Assembly (NCBI GenBank): GCA_963747755.1 | Contig: CAVVGK010000001.1 | Coordinates: forward strand, 21,024-85,023 | DNA: 64,000 nt | Origin: an uncultured Ignavibacteria bacterium | GTDB taxonomy: Bacteria > Bacteroidota > Ignavibacteria > Ignavibacteriales > Ignavibacteriaceae | Direction of reading: 5' to 3' | In this document: piece by piece, positions 36,654 to 47,138 of the stretch | Layout: every line of letters starts with the position of its first letter | How positions within the stretch are numbered: the first letter of the stretch is position 1 | Notes under the pieces: generated by a model | The model's input: the letters and a program-made list of their open reading frames with translations, nothing else | Databases searched by the model: none | Told to the model about the DNA's origin: nothing | Made by a program: the position numbers and the translations under genes

Positions 36654-39600
36654 ATGGCATTTTCTAAAAAATTATTAACAGGTGAAACTCTTACAAGAGA
36701 TAATTTCATAAATCCTCCGAAGGAGATGGGGATTTTACCCTTCTGGTTCTGGAATGGTGAAATGGATGAAAAGGAGATGGAATGGCAGATAAAGGAATAT
36801 AAATCAAGAGGAATCCCAGGCTTCTTTATTCATGGAAGATTCGGGGAGAAGATAGGCTACCTTTCTGATACCTGGTTTGAAAGAGTGAAATTTGCCGTTA
36901 AAAAGGCAAAGGAAATCGGGATCGATGCATGGGTATATGATGAAATGAACTGGCCCAGCGGTACTGCAGAACGTCAGGTGCCGAAACAGTTTCCGCACCT
37001 TAAACAGAAATACCTGGAACTGGTGCCATTAATGGTTGACGGACCGTTATTCACTTTTCTTGAAGCTACCGATGACAGATATGTTAATACAGGGAACTCA
37101 AGACCAATTGCTGCTTTTGCATGCTCGGATGAAGAATACAAAAACGGTATAAAGAGCATGATTGATCTTACTCCTAATTTATCATTCAATGCCGTAATTC
37201 CCTGGGAGGCGCCTCCGGGCAAATGGAGACTGCTTTATTTCCTTGAAAAAGAAATCGACTACTACATTGATGCTCTTAATCCTGAATCGACAGAAAGATT
37301 TTTACAGCTCACACATGATAAATATAAAAATGCGGTAGGTTCGGACTTTGGGACTGTAGTTCCCGGTTTTTATACGGATGAACCTGCTATGCATTATTAT
37401 CATATCGGACTCGATAATCTGGTGATTCCATGGTCATCACAGATGTTTAAGATCTTCCGCAGCAGAAGGGGGTATGATCTTAAACCTTATCTCCCCGCTC
37501 TTTATACTTCGATGGGGGATATAACAGCTAAAATCCGTTATGATTTCTGGAAGACATTAACTGAGCAATATTCCGAAACCTATTATAAAAGAATACACGA
37601 TTGGTGTGAGGAAAACGGAGTGCTTTTTACCGGACATCTGCTGGGTGAGGAATGGCTTCGTATACATGCGCGATGCGAAGGCAATATTTTTAAGCACCTC
37701 AAACATATGCATATAACCGGTGTTGACCATCTCTATCCAAAAATCGGTACTGAAGATGAACCTGATCAGCACGTTGCTCTTAAGCTTGCAAGTTCTGCTG
37801 CTCATCATTTCGGCAGCACCAGGCTTCTCTGCGAATCGATGGGAGGAACATACTGGGACTGTACTCTTGAAAGGATGAAATGGATTGCAAACTGGGAATA
37901 TGTTCTCGGGGTGACAATCTTCAACAATCATGGTTACCATTATTCAATTGAAGGCGAACGCAAAAGAGACTGGCCTCCTTCCCAATTCTATCATCATACC
38001 TGGTGGAAATATTATGATCAGTTTACAGAATACATGGCAAGGCTGGGGCACATCCTCTCGGGAGGAAGACACGTAGCCAAAGTTTTAATGCTGTATCCGA
38101 TAAACAGCATATGGACAAATTATACTCCTCAGACCAGGAACGACGTGGGCAATGCAACGGAGTTTGCTTTTAATTACATGACGGATACCCTTCTTAAGCT
38201 GCATTTTGATTTTGACTATGTGGACGAAGACATCCTGAATGAAGCAGATATTAAGAATGGGAAGATCAGAATTCGTGATGAAGAATATTCACTGCTGATC
38301 CTTCCTCCTGTTACTCATATACAAAAAGATACTTTTGATTCCATTCAGAAGTTTCTGCAAAGCGGTGGTAAAATAATAGCTGATTCACTGCTGCCAGTGG
38401 GTCTACTGGATTACGACAAAAAAGATTCAGCTAAAAGAGTGGAAAAACTCTTCGGAGTCAACCCTGAAAAGCTGCTGAAGGATTTTTCAAACGGAGCGAA
38501 ATTCGGGATTAAACATAAAAACTCGCGGGGTGATGTTTACCTATTGAACGGCAAAGGAATGCATCATGAACGAAAGAAAAAAGAGCTTCAAAAAATCATC
38601 GGGAATTGTATTACTCCCGATGTGACTATCAGCAGTGAAGACGTATTTTACCTTCACAGGGTAAAGGATGAATTCGATCTTTACTTCTTTGTGAATACTA
38701 CTCAACGTGACCTGGGTGCTGTTAAGATTACTTTTGAAAAGACCGGGAAACCTGAATTATGGGACGCAAATAATGGCGGGATGAAGCCGGTACATGTTTA
38801 TGATATTAAGAAGAACAGACTTCATCTTAATCTGGATTTCCCGGCAAGCGGCTCGCACATAGTGATTATCAATAATCAGCCTGAAGAGAACTTCATCAAA
38901 CAAACAAACCTGGTAGTTGAAGAATTTAACGGTCATATTTTAAAAGGGTATAAGGCTGAAGCCGATGATGAAAAAGTTTATGTGAAGATAAAAACAGGAA
39001 ACGGAACAAGGACCCTGAACGCTGATCCCGGCAAAAATTTCAGACCGATCAGAACAGGTAAGGATTTTGATTTCAGAATTGAAGGCGATAACATCCTTAG
39101 TATTAATAATTGGAAAATGAGACCTGGCGGCGCTGAAGCTGATGATGATTTCTTCAGACCTGATTTTGATGATTCAGATTGGCTGAATGTTACAATGGGA
39201 GCATGGGAAATGCAGCTGCCGCAGGAGAGGGATGAAGAAAAATATCCGGTAACACTGTTTTACCGAACTTCATTCTTTATTAAGGATATTCCTTCAGAAT
39301 TGAAACTTCTTGTTGATGGATTCAGCGGCAGAGATTATGTCTTATACATTAATGGGACGGAAATTAATGACAAAGGCAGAAGGAGCAGCCTTGATGCAGA
39401 GATCAAAGAAATCGATATAAGAGAGTTTGCAAAAGAAGGTAAAAACTGTATTGCTATAAGGTTAACTGCAGAAAGAAGAACAGATGGAATCCTGGATCTT
39501 TTAAAGATTACGGGAGATTTTGCGCTTGAGAATGATGGGACTGAATATTATCTGGTCAAAGAACCGGGGAAGATGAGGACAGGTGACTGGACAAAACAGG

Positions 39601-39920
39601 GTTATCCGTTTTATTCGGGAACCGGTATCTACTCAACCCAAATTAAAATTCCCGATAAATATACCGGCGGTAAATTATTCCTTGATGTTGACTGCGGAGA
39701 GGATGTTCTTGAGGTCAGCATAAATAAAAGTAAAGGAATCATTGTCCCGTGGCATCCATACCGCCTTGATATTTCAGGTCTGGTAAAACCGGGATCTAAT
39801 TTAATTGAATTAAAAGTTACCAACACTTTAATAAATATTCTGGAAGCGGTGCAGAAAAAGTCGGGACTCTTTAGAGAGCCTGTAATACTTCACTCGCAGG
39901 TTTATACATTATCAATATAA
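36654..39920 (+). CDS. Large cytoplasmic glycoside-hydrolase-like protein (family not resolved)
   Basis: 1088 aa with no signal peptide. The N-terminus LPFWFWNGEMDEKEMEWQIKEYKSRGIPGFFIHGRFG...AWVYDEMNWPSG resembles jelly-roll GH106-like hydrolases. The C-terminus resembles a galactose-binding-like domain. Confidence 0.5.
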   Translation: MAFSKKLLTGETLTRDNFINPPKEMGILPFWFWNGEMDEKEMEWQIKEYKSRGIPGFFIHGRFGEKIGYLSDTWFERVKFAVKKAKEIGIDAWVYDEMNWPSGTAERQVPKQFPHLKQKYLELVPLMVDGPLFTFLEATDDRYVNTGNSRPIAAFACSDEEYKNGIKSMIDLTPNLSFNAVIPWEAPPGKWRLLYFLEKEIDYYIDALNPESTERFLQLTHDKYKNAVGSDFGTVVPGFYTDEPAMHYYHIGLDNLVIPWSSQMFKIFRSRRGYDLKPYLPALYTSMGDITAKIRYDFWKTLTEQYSETYYKRIHDWCEENGVLFTGHLLGEEWLRIHARCEGNIFKHLKHMHITGVDHLYPKIGTEDEPDQHVALKLASSAAHHFGSTRLLCESMGGTYWDCTLERMKWIANWEYVLGVTIFNNHGYHYSIEGERKRDWPPSQFYHHTWWKYYDQFTEYMARLGHILSGGRHVAKVLMLYPINSIWTNYTPQTRNDVGNATEFAFNYMTDTLLKLHFDFDYVDEDILNEADIKNGKIRIRDEEYSLLILPPVTHIQKDTFDSIQKFLQSGGKIIADSLLPVGLLDYDKKDSAKRVEKLFGVNPEKLLKDFSNGAKFGIKHKNSRGDVYLLNGKGMHHERKKKELQKIIGNCITPDVTISSEDVFYLHRVKDEFDLYFFVNTTQRDLGAVKITFEKTGKPELWDANNGGMKPVHVYDIKKNRLHLNLDFPASGSHIVIINNQPEENFIKQTNLVVEEFNGHILKGYKAEADDEKVYVKIKTGNGTRTLNADPGKNFRPIRTGKDFDFRIEGDNILSINNWKMRPGGAEADDDFFRPDFDDSDWLNVTMGAWEMQLPQERDEEKYPVTLFYRTSFFIKDIPSELKLLVDGFSGRDYVLYINGTEINDKGRRSSLDAEIKEIDIREFAKEGKNCIAIRLTAERRTDGILDLLKITGDFALENDGTEYYLVKEPGKMRTGDWTKQGYPFYSGTGIYSTQIKIPDKYTGGKLFLDVDCGEDVLEVSINKSKGIIVPWHPYRLDISGLVKPGSNLIELKVTNTLINILEAVQKKSGLFREPVILHSQVYTLSI

Positions 39921-39938
39921 GGGAGTACAATTTCTAAA

Positions 39939-40850
39939 ATGATTAAGGAAGGAGTTCTTGTAGTAGGCAGTGCAAATATGGATCTTGTTGTTAACTGCAG
40001 CCGGTTTCCGCTGCCTGGAGAGACAATATTCGGGAATAAGTTTCAGATGTTTCCCGGCGGTAAAGGAGCCAATCAGGCTGTAAGCTGTGCAAAGCTCGGA
40101 ATGAAAACTTCTTTTATCGGGAAAATGGGTAAAGATGAACTCGGTAAAAGATTATCTCAGTCGATGAAGGATGACGGGGTTGATCTTGGCGATCTATTTT
40201 TTGATCCATTGGAACATACAGGAACAGCCCTGATAACTGTTGATTCAGAAGGACAGAATCAGATCATTGTCATTTCCGGGAGTAATATGAAACTTGCACC
40301 TGCTGATATAAGAACAAAGAAAAACAGTTTCGGCAAGGTAAAGGTTGTTTTAACCCAGCTGGAAATACCGATTGATACAGTAATTGAGACGGCACGGCTG
40401 TCGAAGGAAAATGATGCCGTATTTATACTTAATCCTGCTCCTGCGGCAGAGATTCCTGAAGAGATATACCCATTAGTCGATTACCTGACCCCGAACGAAA
40501 CTGAACTTCAGATGCTGTCTAATATGATGGTTACCGATACAATTTCTGCAGAAAGAGCAGCAAAAATTTTACTTGAAAAAGGAGTGCAGAACGTCATAAT
40601 CACACTTGGTGCTAAAGGCGCTCTTTTAGTTAACAAATACCATACTGAATTATTTTCAACACAAAAAGTGGCGGTTGTTGATACAACTGCAGCCGGTGAT
40701 GCATTCAACGGAGCTCTGGCTTATTCATTAGCAAAAGACAGGGAAATAAATGAAGCAATTTATTTTGCCAATAAAGTTGCTTCAATTTCTGTTACAAGAA
40801 TGGGTGCCCAGAGTTCAATGCCGAAGTTAACCGAAATAGTACCGGCTTAA
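39939..40850 (+). CDS. rbsK: Ribokinase
   Basis: It carries GGKGANQAV and DTTAAGDAFNGAL (PfkB/ribokinase signatures) and has the typical ~300-aa length. Confidence 0.85.
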   Translation: MIKEGVLVVGSANMDLVVNCSRFPLPGETIFGNKFQMFPGGKGANQAVSCAKLGMKTSFIGKMGKDELGKRLSQSMKDDGVDLGDLFFDPLEHTGTALITVDSEGQNQIIVISGSNMKLAPADIRTKKNSFGKVKVVLTQLEIPIDTVIETARLSKENDAVFILNPAPAAEIPEEIYPLVDYLTPNETELQMLSNMMVTDTISAERAAKILLEKGVQNVIITLGAKGALLVNKYHTELFSTQKVAVVDTTAAGDAFNGALAYSLAKDREINEAIYFANKVASISVTRMGAQSSMPKLTEIVPA

Positions 40851-40874
40851 TATATTAAGAGGAGGAAAAACGAA

Positions 40875-41276
40875 ATGAAGAAGCGTGGAATACTGAACGC
40901 CAACCTGTCACGCATTATAGCTTCTATGGGACATACAGATAAGCTCGTCATTTGTGACAGCGGTTTACCAATCCCTAAGAATTCAGAAGTCATAGACCTT
41001 GCCCTTACGAATAACATTCCCAGGTTTCTCGATACGCTGAAAATTATCCTGGAAGAGCTTCATATTGAAGGAGCCATTATAGCAAGTGAGATGCTTGACG
41101 GTAAAGACGGTCTGTTTGAAAACACTTCTAAAATGCTGAACGGAGCAAAGCTGAAAAAGGTTAAGCACGAGAAATTTAAGGAACTGACAAAGGAAAAGGG
41201 AAACATAACCTTTGTCAGAACCGGTGAGACAACGCCGTATGCAAATATAATTCTCATATCCGGTGTAACTTTTTAA
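40875..41276 (+). CDS. rbsD: D-ribose pyranase
   Basis: 133 aa, with ILNANLSRIIASMGHTDKLVICDSGLPIP typical of RbsD/FucU. Confidence 0.8.
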   Translation: MKKRGILNANLSRIIASMGHTDKLVICDSGLPIPKNSEVIDLALTNNIPRFLDTLKIILEELHIEGAIIASEMLDGKDGLFENTSKMLNGAKLKKVKHEKFKELTKEKGNITFVRTGETTPYANIILISGVTF

Positions 41277-41292
41277 CAGATCAAGGAGAATT

Positions 41293-42285
41293 ATGAAATA
41301 CAGGACTTTTGGAAACCTGGGCTGGAATTTATCGGAAATCAGTTTTGGCGCCTGGGCAATCGGCGGCGATATGTGGGGTCCGCAGAATGACGATGAATCC
41401 CTTAAGGCTTTGAATAAGGCAATTGACCTTGGTGTAAATTTCATTGATACCGCGCAGGGCTACGGAAGCGGACATAGTGAAGAAATAATAGGAAAAGTTC
41501 TAAAGCAACGGAAAGAGGAATTGTATGTAGCTACAAAAGTTCCTCCTGTTCCGGGAACTGTATGGCCTCCCCCGGAGGATCAGGACGTAAACGAATCATT
41601 CCCGGCAGTCAGAATAATAGAAGAATGTGAAAAATCTCTGAGAAGACTTCAGAGAGATTATATCGACATATACCAGTTCCATACCTGGGCAACAGCATTT
41701 AACACCAGGAATGAATGGTACGAGGCAATGATGAAGCTGAAAGAACAGGGAAAGATCAGGGCCGTTGGTGTCTCAGTGCCGGATACAACCCCTGATGACG
41801 TAATAGGATCGCTTGCACTCGGTAAAGTTGATTCAGTTCAGGTTATCTATAATATTTTCGAGCAATATCCTGAATGGAATCTTTTTCCCGCTGCAGAGAA
41901 ACTTGGTACTGCAATAATAGTTCGCGTGCCCTTTGATGAAAGCGCCCTGACCGGTAAACTGAAGCCGGGTATAAAATTTCCCGAAGGGGATGTCAGAAGC
42001 CATTACTTCAGGGGGAACAACCTGAAAGCAGTACTCAAAAGAGTTGAGGAACTCGAAGAGTTCAAAAATAAAAGACACCCTCAAATGCCTCTGGCGGAAT
42101 ACGCTTTAAGGTTCTGTTTAAGCAATAAGACTGTAAGTACAGTTATTCCCGGAATAAGAAATGTTAATCAGGCTGAATTAAATACGGCAGTAAGTGATGG
42201 AAAATTCCTTCCTGATGATGAACTTAATGAGCTCAAAAAGTTTTACTGGAAAAAAGACTTCTGGCATGAAGAAGTTAAAATTTAA
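41293..42285 (+). CDS. Aldo/keto reductase
   Basis: It carries FGAWAIGG, DTAQGYGSGHSEEIIGK and DIYQFH. Confidence 0.85.
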   Translation: MKYRTFGNLGWNLSEISFGAWAIGGDMWGPQNDDESLKALNKAIDLGVNFIDTAQGYGSGHSEEIIGKVLKQRKEELYVATKVPPVPGTVWPPPEDQDVNESFPAVRIIEECEKSLRRLQRDYIDIYQFHTWATAFNTRNEWYEAMMKLKEQGKIRAVGVSVPDTTPDDVIGSLALGKVDSVQVIYNIFEQYPEWNLFPAAEKLGTAIIVRVPFDESALTGKLKPGIKFPEGDVRSHYFRGNNLKAVLKRVEELEEFKNKRHPQMPLAEYALRFCLSNKTVSTVIPGIRNVNQAELNTAVSDGKFLPDDELNELKKFYWKKDFWHEEVKI

Positions 42286-42310
42286 ATGAATATCAACTTT
42301 GGAGTTTTAT

Positions 42311-43756
42311 ATGACTAAAAGGCTAACCTTAACAATATTCGTTATAATATTTGCTTCAGCATTTATTATCCCTCAATCAAAAAACCTGATTTATGATCAG
42401 CTGGAAAAACCGGGCAATGCAGTTTTTTATCATGTTCCGGTGGGATTATGCGAAGATTATCCCGAAGAAACCACTACGATGACAATAATTAAAAATGATT
42501 TTGAATTTCTGAAGCGACATAATGTTCATCTCCTCCGAATTTCGTTCGGGTGGGATGCAATCGAAACAGAAAAAGGTAAATTCAACTGGTTATTCTGGGA
42601 TGATTTTGTAAAGATGGCAGTTGATGATTACGGAATTACCCTTGTCCCTTATATCTGTTACACACCAAGGTGGAATTCCACAGGTGAAAATGATTCTCTA
42701 TTCTTCTGGAACTATCCTCCGAAAGATTTTAATGAGTTCGGCGTTTTTATGTCTCACCTTGTTGACAGGTATAAGGACCGTATAAAAACCTGGGAGTTGT
42801 GGAATGAACCCGATATTGAAATATACTGGCAGGGCTCTGTGAAGGAGTTTGCGGAATTTATAAAAATCGGTGCGGATGCAGTAAAAAAAGCTGATCCCTC
42901 ATCCAAAGTTGTCCTTGGGGGACTTGCATACGATCCTTATTTTCTTCTCCATTTATTCAGAGATTACGGTTTAAGTCCTTACATCGATATTGTCAACTGC
43001 CACAATTATTATGAGACCTGGCACCGTCATCCAATTGAAAGTATTACTGAATATATAAACGAAATCAGCGACATCATCTGGAGATATGGAAACAACCAGT
43101 CATTATGGATGGCAGAGGTTGGTTACAGTACATTCAGGAAAGGTGCAAGAGTATCCGATAGTTATTCGGCATATTACGAATATGAGCACACACCTGAATA
43201 CCAGGCAGTTGAACTTTTCAAAACATTGACGCTTGCTATCTCCACAGAAAAGCTTTCAGCAATTACCTGGTATGAATTAAAGGATCTTCCTCCAAGTGAA
43301 GGAGTAATAGGGGACAACGATAATAACCGTTTTCTGGGGGTTGCGTACCCCGACTGGAAGGACAAACCTGCAGCGAAGTCGCTTGAATTTTTTAACCGGT
43401 TATTCTCACAGAAATACAAATCTATTGACGATAAAGTAACTCTGATTTCCCCGATAGGATCCGACAGCAGGGCCCATGCATTTCAGATGGAGGACGGTAA
43501 TATAGTTGTTGTTGCCTGGCTGCAGACAAGTGTTCCCGGAAGACAGGGAAGTGATAAAACCGGGATGGTTAAAGATACAAGAGCTGAAAATGTAAGTGTT
43601 GTGATACCTATAGAATTAAGCGGGAAAGCAACGCTGTACGATGAACTTGGAAATGAGCAGACATTCAGCGGCGTAAAGAATGAAAAAGGTAATACTACAC
43701 TTAATAATCTGAAACTGGATGGCGGAAAGATCGCGATAATCAAAATCGGGAAGTAA
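42311..43756 (+). CDS. Clan GH-A (TIM-barrel) glycoside hydrolase, GH39/GH5-like
   Basis: N-terminal signal/anchor. TWELWNEPD gives the acid/base context and LWMAEVGYS the nucleophile context. The ORF opens at TTG 42299, but the ATG at 42311 is the more likely start. Confidence 0.6.
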   Translation: MTKRLTLTIFVIIFASAFIIPQSKNLIYDQLEKPGNAVFYHVPVGLCEDYPEETTTMTIIKNDFEFLKRHNVHLLRISFGWDAIETEKGKFNWLFWDDFVKMAVDDYGITLVPYICYTPRWNSTGENDSLFFWNYPPKDFNEFGVFMSHLVDRYKDRIKTWELWNEPDIEIYWQGSVKEFAEFIKIGADAVKKADPSSKVVLGGLAYDPYFLLHLFRDYGLSPYIDIVNCHNYYETWHRHPIESITEYINEISDIIWRYGNNQSLWMAEVGYSTFRKGARVSDSYSAYYEYEHTPEYQAVELFKTLTLAISTEKLSAITWYELKDLPPSEGVIGDNDNNRFLGVAYPDWKDKPAAKSLEFFNRLFSQKYKSIDDKVTLISPIGSDSRAHAFQMEDGNIVVVAWLQTSVPGRQGSDKTGMVKDTRAENVSVVIPIELSGKATLYDELGNEQTFSGVKNEKGNTTLNNLKLDGGKIAIIKIGK

Positions 43757-43758
43757 TA

Positions 43759-44229
43759 ATGATTAAGATAGAAACTAAAAAAGTTTCTCCGGAAAATTTT
43801 AAGAAATTCGGCAAGGCGGTGAATTCTCCATCCGGTTCGCCTACTTCCGAATCTAATGATTACAAATTCTGGTCGGATATAGCTGATTATAAGATTGACG
43901 GTGAAACAGAAATAGGGATATGTACGGTATACCGGCAGAAAGAAATGACAATTACAGGAATGGAAAGACATCTGAGGACTCCAGAAATACTTATCCCCAT
44001 TGACGGCGCGTTTGTTTTGCCTCTCTTAATAGACGGAGAAGATGAAAAGTCGGCTGAATCTTTCAGAGTAGAGATTGGCGAAGCCGTAAAGATTAATGAT
44101 GCAGTATGGCATGGAGCGTGCCTACCCGCAGATAAGGAAGAATCATCATACTTTGTGATTTTCAGAAAAGGTACTCCCCGCGAGGATGTTCAGAAGAAAG
44201 ATATCAGGACCATCGTGGTAACTTTATAG
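43759..44229 (+). CDS. Ureidoglycolate-lyase-fold (cupin-like) protein
   Basis: 156 aa. FKKFGKAV...GICTVYRQKEMTITGMERHLRTPEILIPIDGAFVLPL resembles the AllA-family ERHP...Q.F.P motif region. Confidence 0.55.
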   Translation: MIKIETKKVSPENFKKFGKAVNSPSGSPTSESNDYKFWSDIADYKIDGETEIGICTVYRQKEMTITGMERHLRTPEILIPIDGAFVLPLLIDGEDEKSAESFRVEIGEAVKINDAVWHGACLPADKEESSYFVIFRKGTPREDVQKKDIRTIVVTL

Positions 44230-44267
44230 GAACCAAGTGAAAACTTTGCATTGAATGAAATCCATAT

Positions 44268-45947
44268 ATGAACAACCATACCCTTAAATCAAAGAATGTT
44301 GAAATAACGTTTGATGAAAATCCTTTCCATATAGAAGGGATTTTTATTTTACCGGATCGCACAAAGGTTTGCGCTGATGGAATTCAGAATTTTATTATCA
44401 GAACGCCGGATGCGTTGTCTGATCCTGTATTCCTAACCAGGTATGAAAATATTAATTTTCAGGATGGAACATTATCCTTCAGACTTTCAGATGACCCGGG
44501 TGAATATACGGTTACATTTCTGATTGCGCCCTCTGAAGCTGGTTTACAATTCCGGCTAAATGTTTCCGCACCCGGGCCTATCTGGATGGCAGAGTGGAAA
44601 CTTTCGGGTTTCTGCTTTGATGAAGTAATTATTCCTGCACTCGGCGGTCAGTTGTTAACCAGTGATATGCCCGCAGGGAATACTTTATCCTATAAATATC
44701 CCTTCTGGTGGAATGCGCAGTTCGCAGCCGGAATGACGAAGAACGGCGGGTTATTAGTTCACTCTCTCGATGAAAGACCGGATTTAAAGCTCCTGAGGGT
44801 AGGGAGGGAAAATAATAATTTCAGTCTTACCTTCGGATTTGAAGCTGCAGCCCCCTTAACCTCAAACAGCCTTGAGGCTGAATTTTATTTGAGTGGATTT
44901 GAGGGGGATTGGAAAAAAGGAATTGAGTTATACCGCTCATGGATGGAGAATACTTTTAAGCCTGTTCCATATTTTGATCATCCGGGATATCCCGGCTGGG
45001 CAGATGAGATAAATTTTGTTCTGGAACTGTGGGGCGCGAGGAAAAGTTTTACACCGGGTCACACCTTTAAAGAGATGACAGACAGGCTGGAAGAATGGAA
45101 ACAGTTTCATCCGCCCGGACAAACACTCGTTTACCTTGCGGGGTTTGCTGAAAATGGTATTGACTCACATGCTCCGGACTATAACCCTTCTATTCAATGC
45201 GGAGGAGAAGAGGAATTCAAAAAACTTATGGATGCAGCTCACAGGATGGGTTATAGAATAATGCTGCACACTAACATCCTGGCAATGACATTTACGCATC
45301 GTTTATATAAAGAGTTTAAAAAATTTCAGGTTATAGATCCTTTTGGAAGAGAGCAGTACTGGGGTATGGATATGGACGGCGACTGGCTTACAGAGCCTTA
45401 CTTCGCATACATAAATCCTGGTTATAAAGAATGGGGAGATTTGATGAAAAAAGTGCTTGGGCGGCTGATAGAAGAGTTTGGAGCGGACGGGATTTTTCTC
45501 GATCAGACCTTACTGGCCTTTAATGTAAGTAAGGGACCAAATTTTATAGAGGGGATGAGAGATCACATATTAAGACTGCAGAATAAATTTCCAGGTGTTC
45601 TTTTTGCAGGAGAAGGACTGCATGAGCAGAATATAAAAGCACTTCCATTTGCACAAATACACGGAATCGACAGTCTGAGTGAAGTCCACGGAATGGAAGG
45701 CAGAGTTCCGTGGAGAAAGGCTCATCCTGTTTCGACATATCTGTTCGGAAAATACACCAGGTATACAGGTCATTTGTTAACCAGGCATCCTTCACATCCT
45801 ATGTTTGAGCTGCAGGAATCCGCTTACGCGGCTCTTGGAGTAATTCCTGTTTTATCACTCTATGATGCACAGCAAAAAATTGATATTCCTGAGGTCCATA
45901 AAATGATCGAAAGAGCGAAAACATTATATAAAAAAATTGAGACCTGA
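44268..45947 (+). CDS. Hypothetical cytoplasmic protein, possibly a (beta/alpha)8 glycosidase-like enzyme
   Basis: 559 aa with no signal peptide. The segment MGYRIMLHTN...FGADGIFLDQT suggests a TIM barrel. I cannot name a family. Confidence 0.45.
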   Translation: MNNHTLKSKNVEITFDENPFHIEGIFILPDRTKVCADGIQNFIIRTPDALSDPVFLTRYENINFQDGTLSFRLSDDPGEYTVTFLIAPSEAGLQFRLNVSAPGPIWMAEWKLSGFCFDEVIIPALGGQLLTSDMPAGNTLSYKYPFWWNAQFAAGMTKNGGLLVHSLDERPDLKLLRVGRENNNFSLTFGFEAAAPLTSNSLEAEFYLSGFEGDWKKGIELYRSWMENTFKPVPYFDHPGYPGWADEINFVLELWGARKSFTPGHTFKEMTDRLEEWKQFHPPGQTLVYLAGFAENGIDSHAPDYNPSIQCGGEEEFKKLMDAAHRMGYRIMLHTNILAMTFTHRLYKEFKKFQVIDPFGREQYWGMDMDGDWLTEPYFAYINPGYKEWGDLMKKVLGRLIEEFGADGIFLDQTLLAFNVSKGPNFIEGMRDHILRLQNKFPGVLFAGEGLHEQNIKALPFAQIHGIDSLSEVHGMEGRVPWRKAHPVSTYLFGKYTRYTGHLLTRHPSHPMFELQESAYAALGVIPVLSLYDAQQKIDIPEVHKMIERAKTLYKKIET

Positions 45948-45948
45948 A

Positions 45949-47094
45949 ATGGAAAAAATAAAAACCGCGATTATAGGCAGCGGATTTATGGGAGCTGCTC
46001 ACATTGAGGCATTGAATAGAATCGGCGGAGTAGAGATTGCTGCAATTGTTTCCAAAGAAATTGAGCAGGCTGAGAAACTGGCTGACCGGTTCTCCATTCC
46101 TGCAGTCCTGGAGGATTGGAATGATGTGATAAAAGATGGGAAGATACAGGTTATACACAACTGCACTCCAAACTTTCTCCATTTTGAGATTAATAAAGCA
46201 GCAATAAAGAATGGGAAACATATCGTTTCTGAAAAACCCCTGACTATAAATACTAAACAATCAGGTGAACTCCTTGATCTGCTGAAAAAAAATAAGGTTG
46301 TTAATGCAATAAATTTCAATTACCGGTTTTATCCTTTAATCCAGCATGCACGTTCTATGCTGAAAAAAGAAGCAGGGGAGGTTTACCTTGTGCATGGCCA
46401 TTATCTGCAGGACTGGCTATACTATAACACCGATTATAACTGGAGACTTGAGACTGAGATCAGCGGTGATTCCCGGGCTGTAGCAGATATCGGTTCTCAT
46501 TGGTGCGATCTCATTCAGTTTGTTACAGGTCTAAAGATAAAAAAGGTTTTTGCCAGTCTTTCAACTATTCATCCGGTCAGGAAAAAACCAAAGCAGAGTG
46601 TGGAGACATTCAAACAGACAAACGTTGAAGATTCTGAAGACATTAAGATAACAACTGAAGATGCCGGATCAATAATGTTTACCCTTGAAAACGGGGCACA
46701 GGGAGTGTTTACAGTATCCCAGGTAAGCGCCGGAAGGAAAAATCATTTCTGGTTTGAGATAGATGCAGCCAGGAAAGCTGTTTCCTGGAACCAGGAAAAA
46801 CCGAACGAATTATGGATTGGATACAGGGAAAAACCTAATGAAATACTGATCAAGGATCCGTCTTTATTATCTGAAGAAGCCAGGTCTTATGCTCATTACC
46901 CCGGGGGACACCCGGAGGGTTATCCTGATGGTCCCAAAAATCTCTTTATGAGGGTATATAACTTTATAAGGGAAGGAAAGGATCCCGGAAGGGATATAAA
47001 AGATTTCCCTACTTTTGAAGACGGTCATTATGAAAACAGGATTGTGGAGGCTGTACTTCAAAGTAATAAGGAACAAAAGTGGATTGAAGTATAA
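45949..47094 (+). CDS. Gfo/Idh/MocA-family NAD(P)-dependent oxidoreductase
   Basis: It has KTAIIGSGFMGAAHIEAL and SEKPL. The ORF opens at TTG 45937, overlapping the previous stop, so the ATG at 45949 is preferred. Confidence 0.85.
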   Translation: MEKIKTAIIGSGFMGAAHIEALNRIGGVEIAAIVSKEIEQAEKLADRFSIPAVLEDWNDVIKDGKIQVIHNCTPNFLHFEINKAAIKNGKHIVSEKPLTINTKQSGELLDLLKKNKVVNAINFNYRFYPLIQHARSMLKKEAGEVYLVHGHYLQDWLYYNTDYNWRLETEISGDSRAVADIGSHWCDLIQFVTGLKIKKVFASLSTIHPVRKKPKQSVETFKQTNVEDSEDIKITTEDAGSIMFTLENGAQGVFTVSQVSAGRKNHFWFEIDAARKAVSWNQEKPNELWIGYREKPNEILIKDPSLLSEEARSYAHYPGGHPEGYPDGPKNLFMRVYNFIREGKDPGRDIKDFPTFEDGHYENRIVEAVLQSNKEQKWIEV

Positions 47095-47138
47095 TCAAAA
47101 ATAAATAGAAATGATAAATACTGAATTGGAGAAATAAA

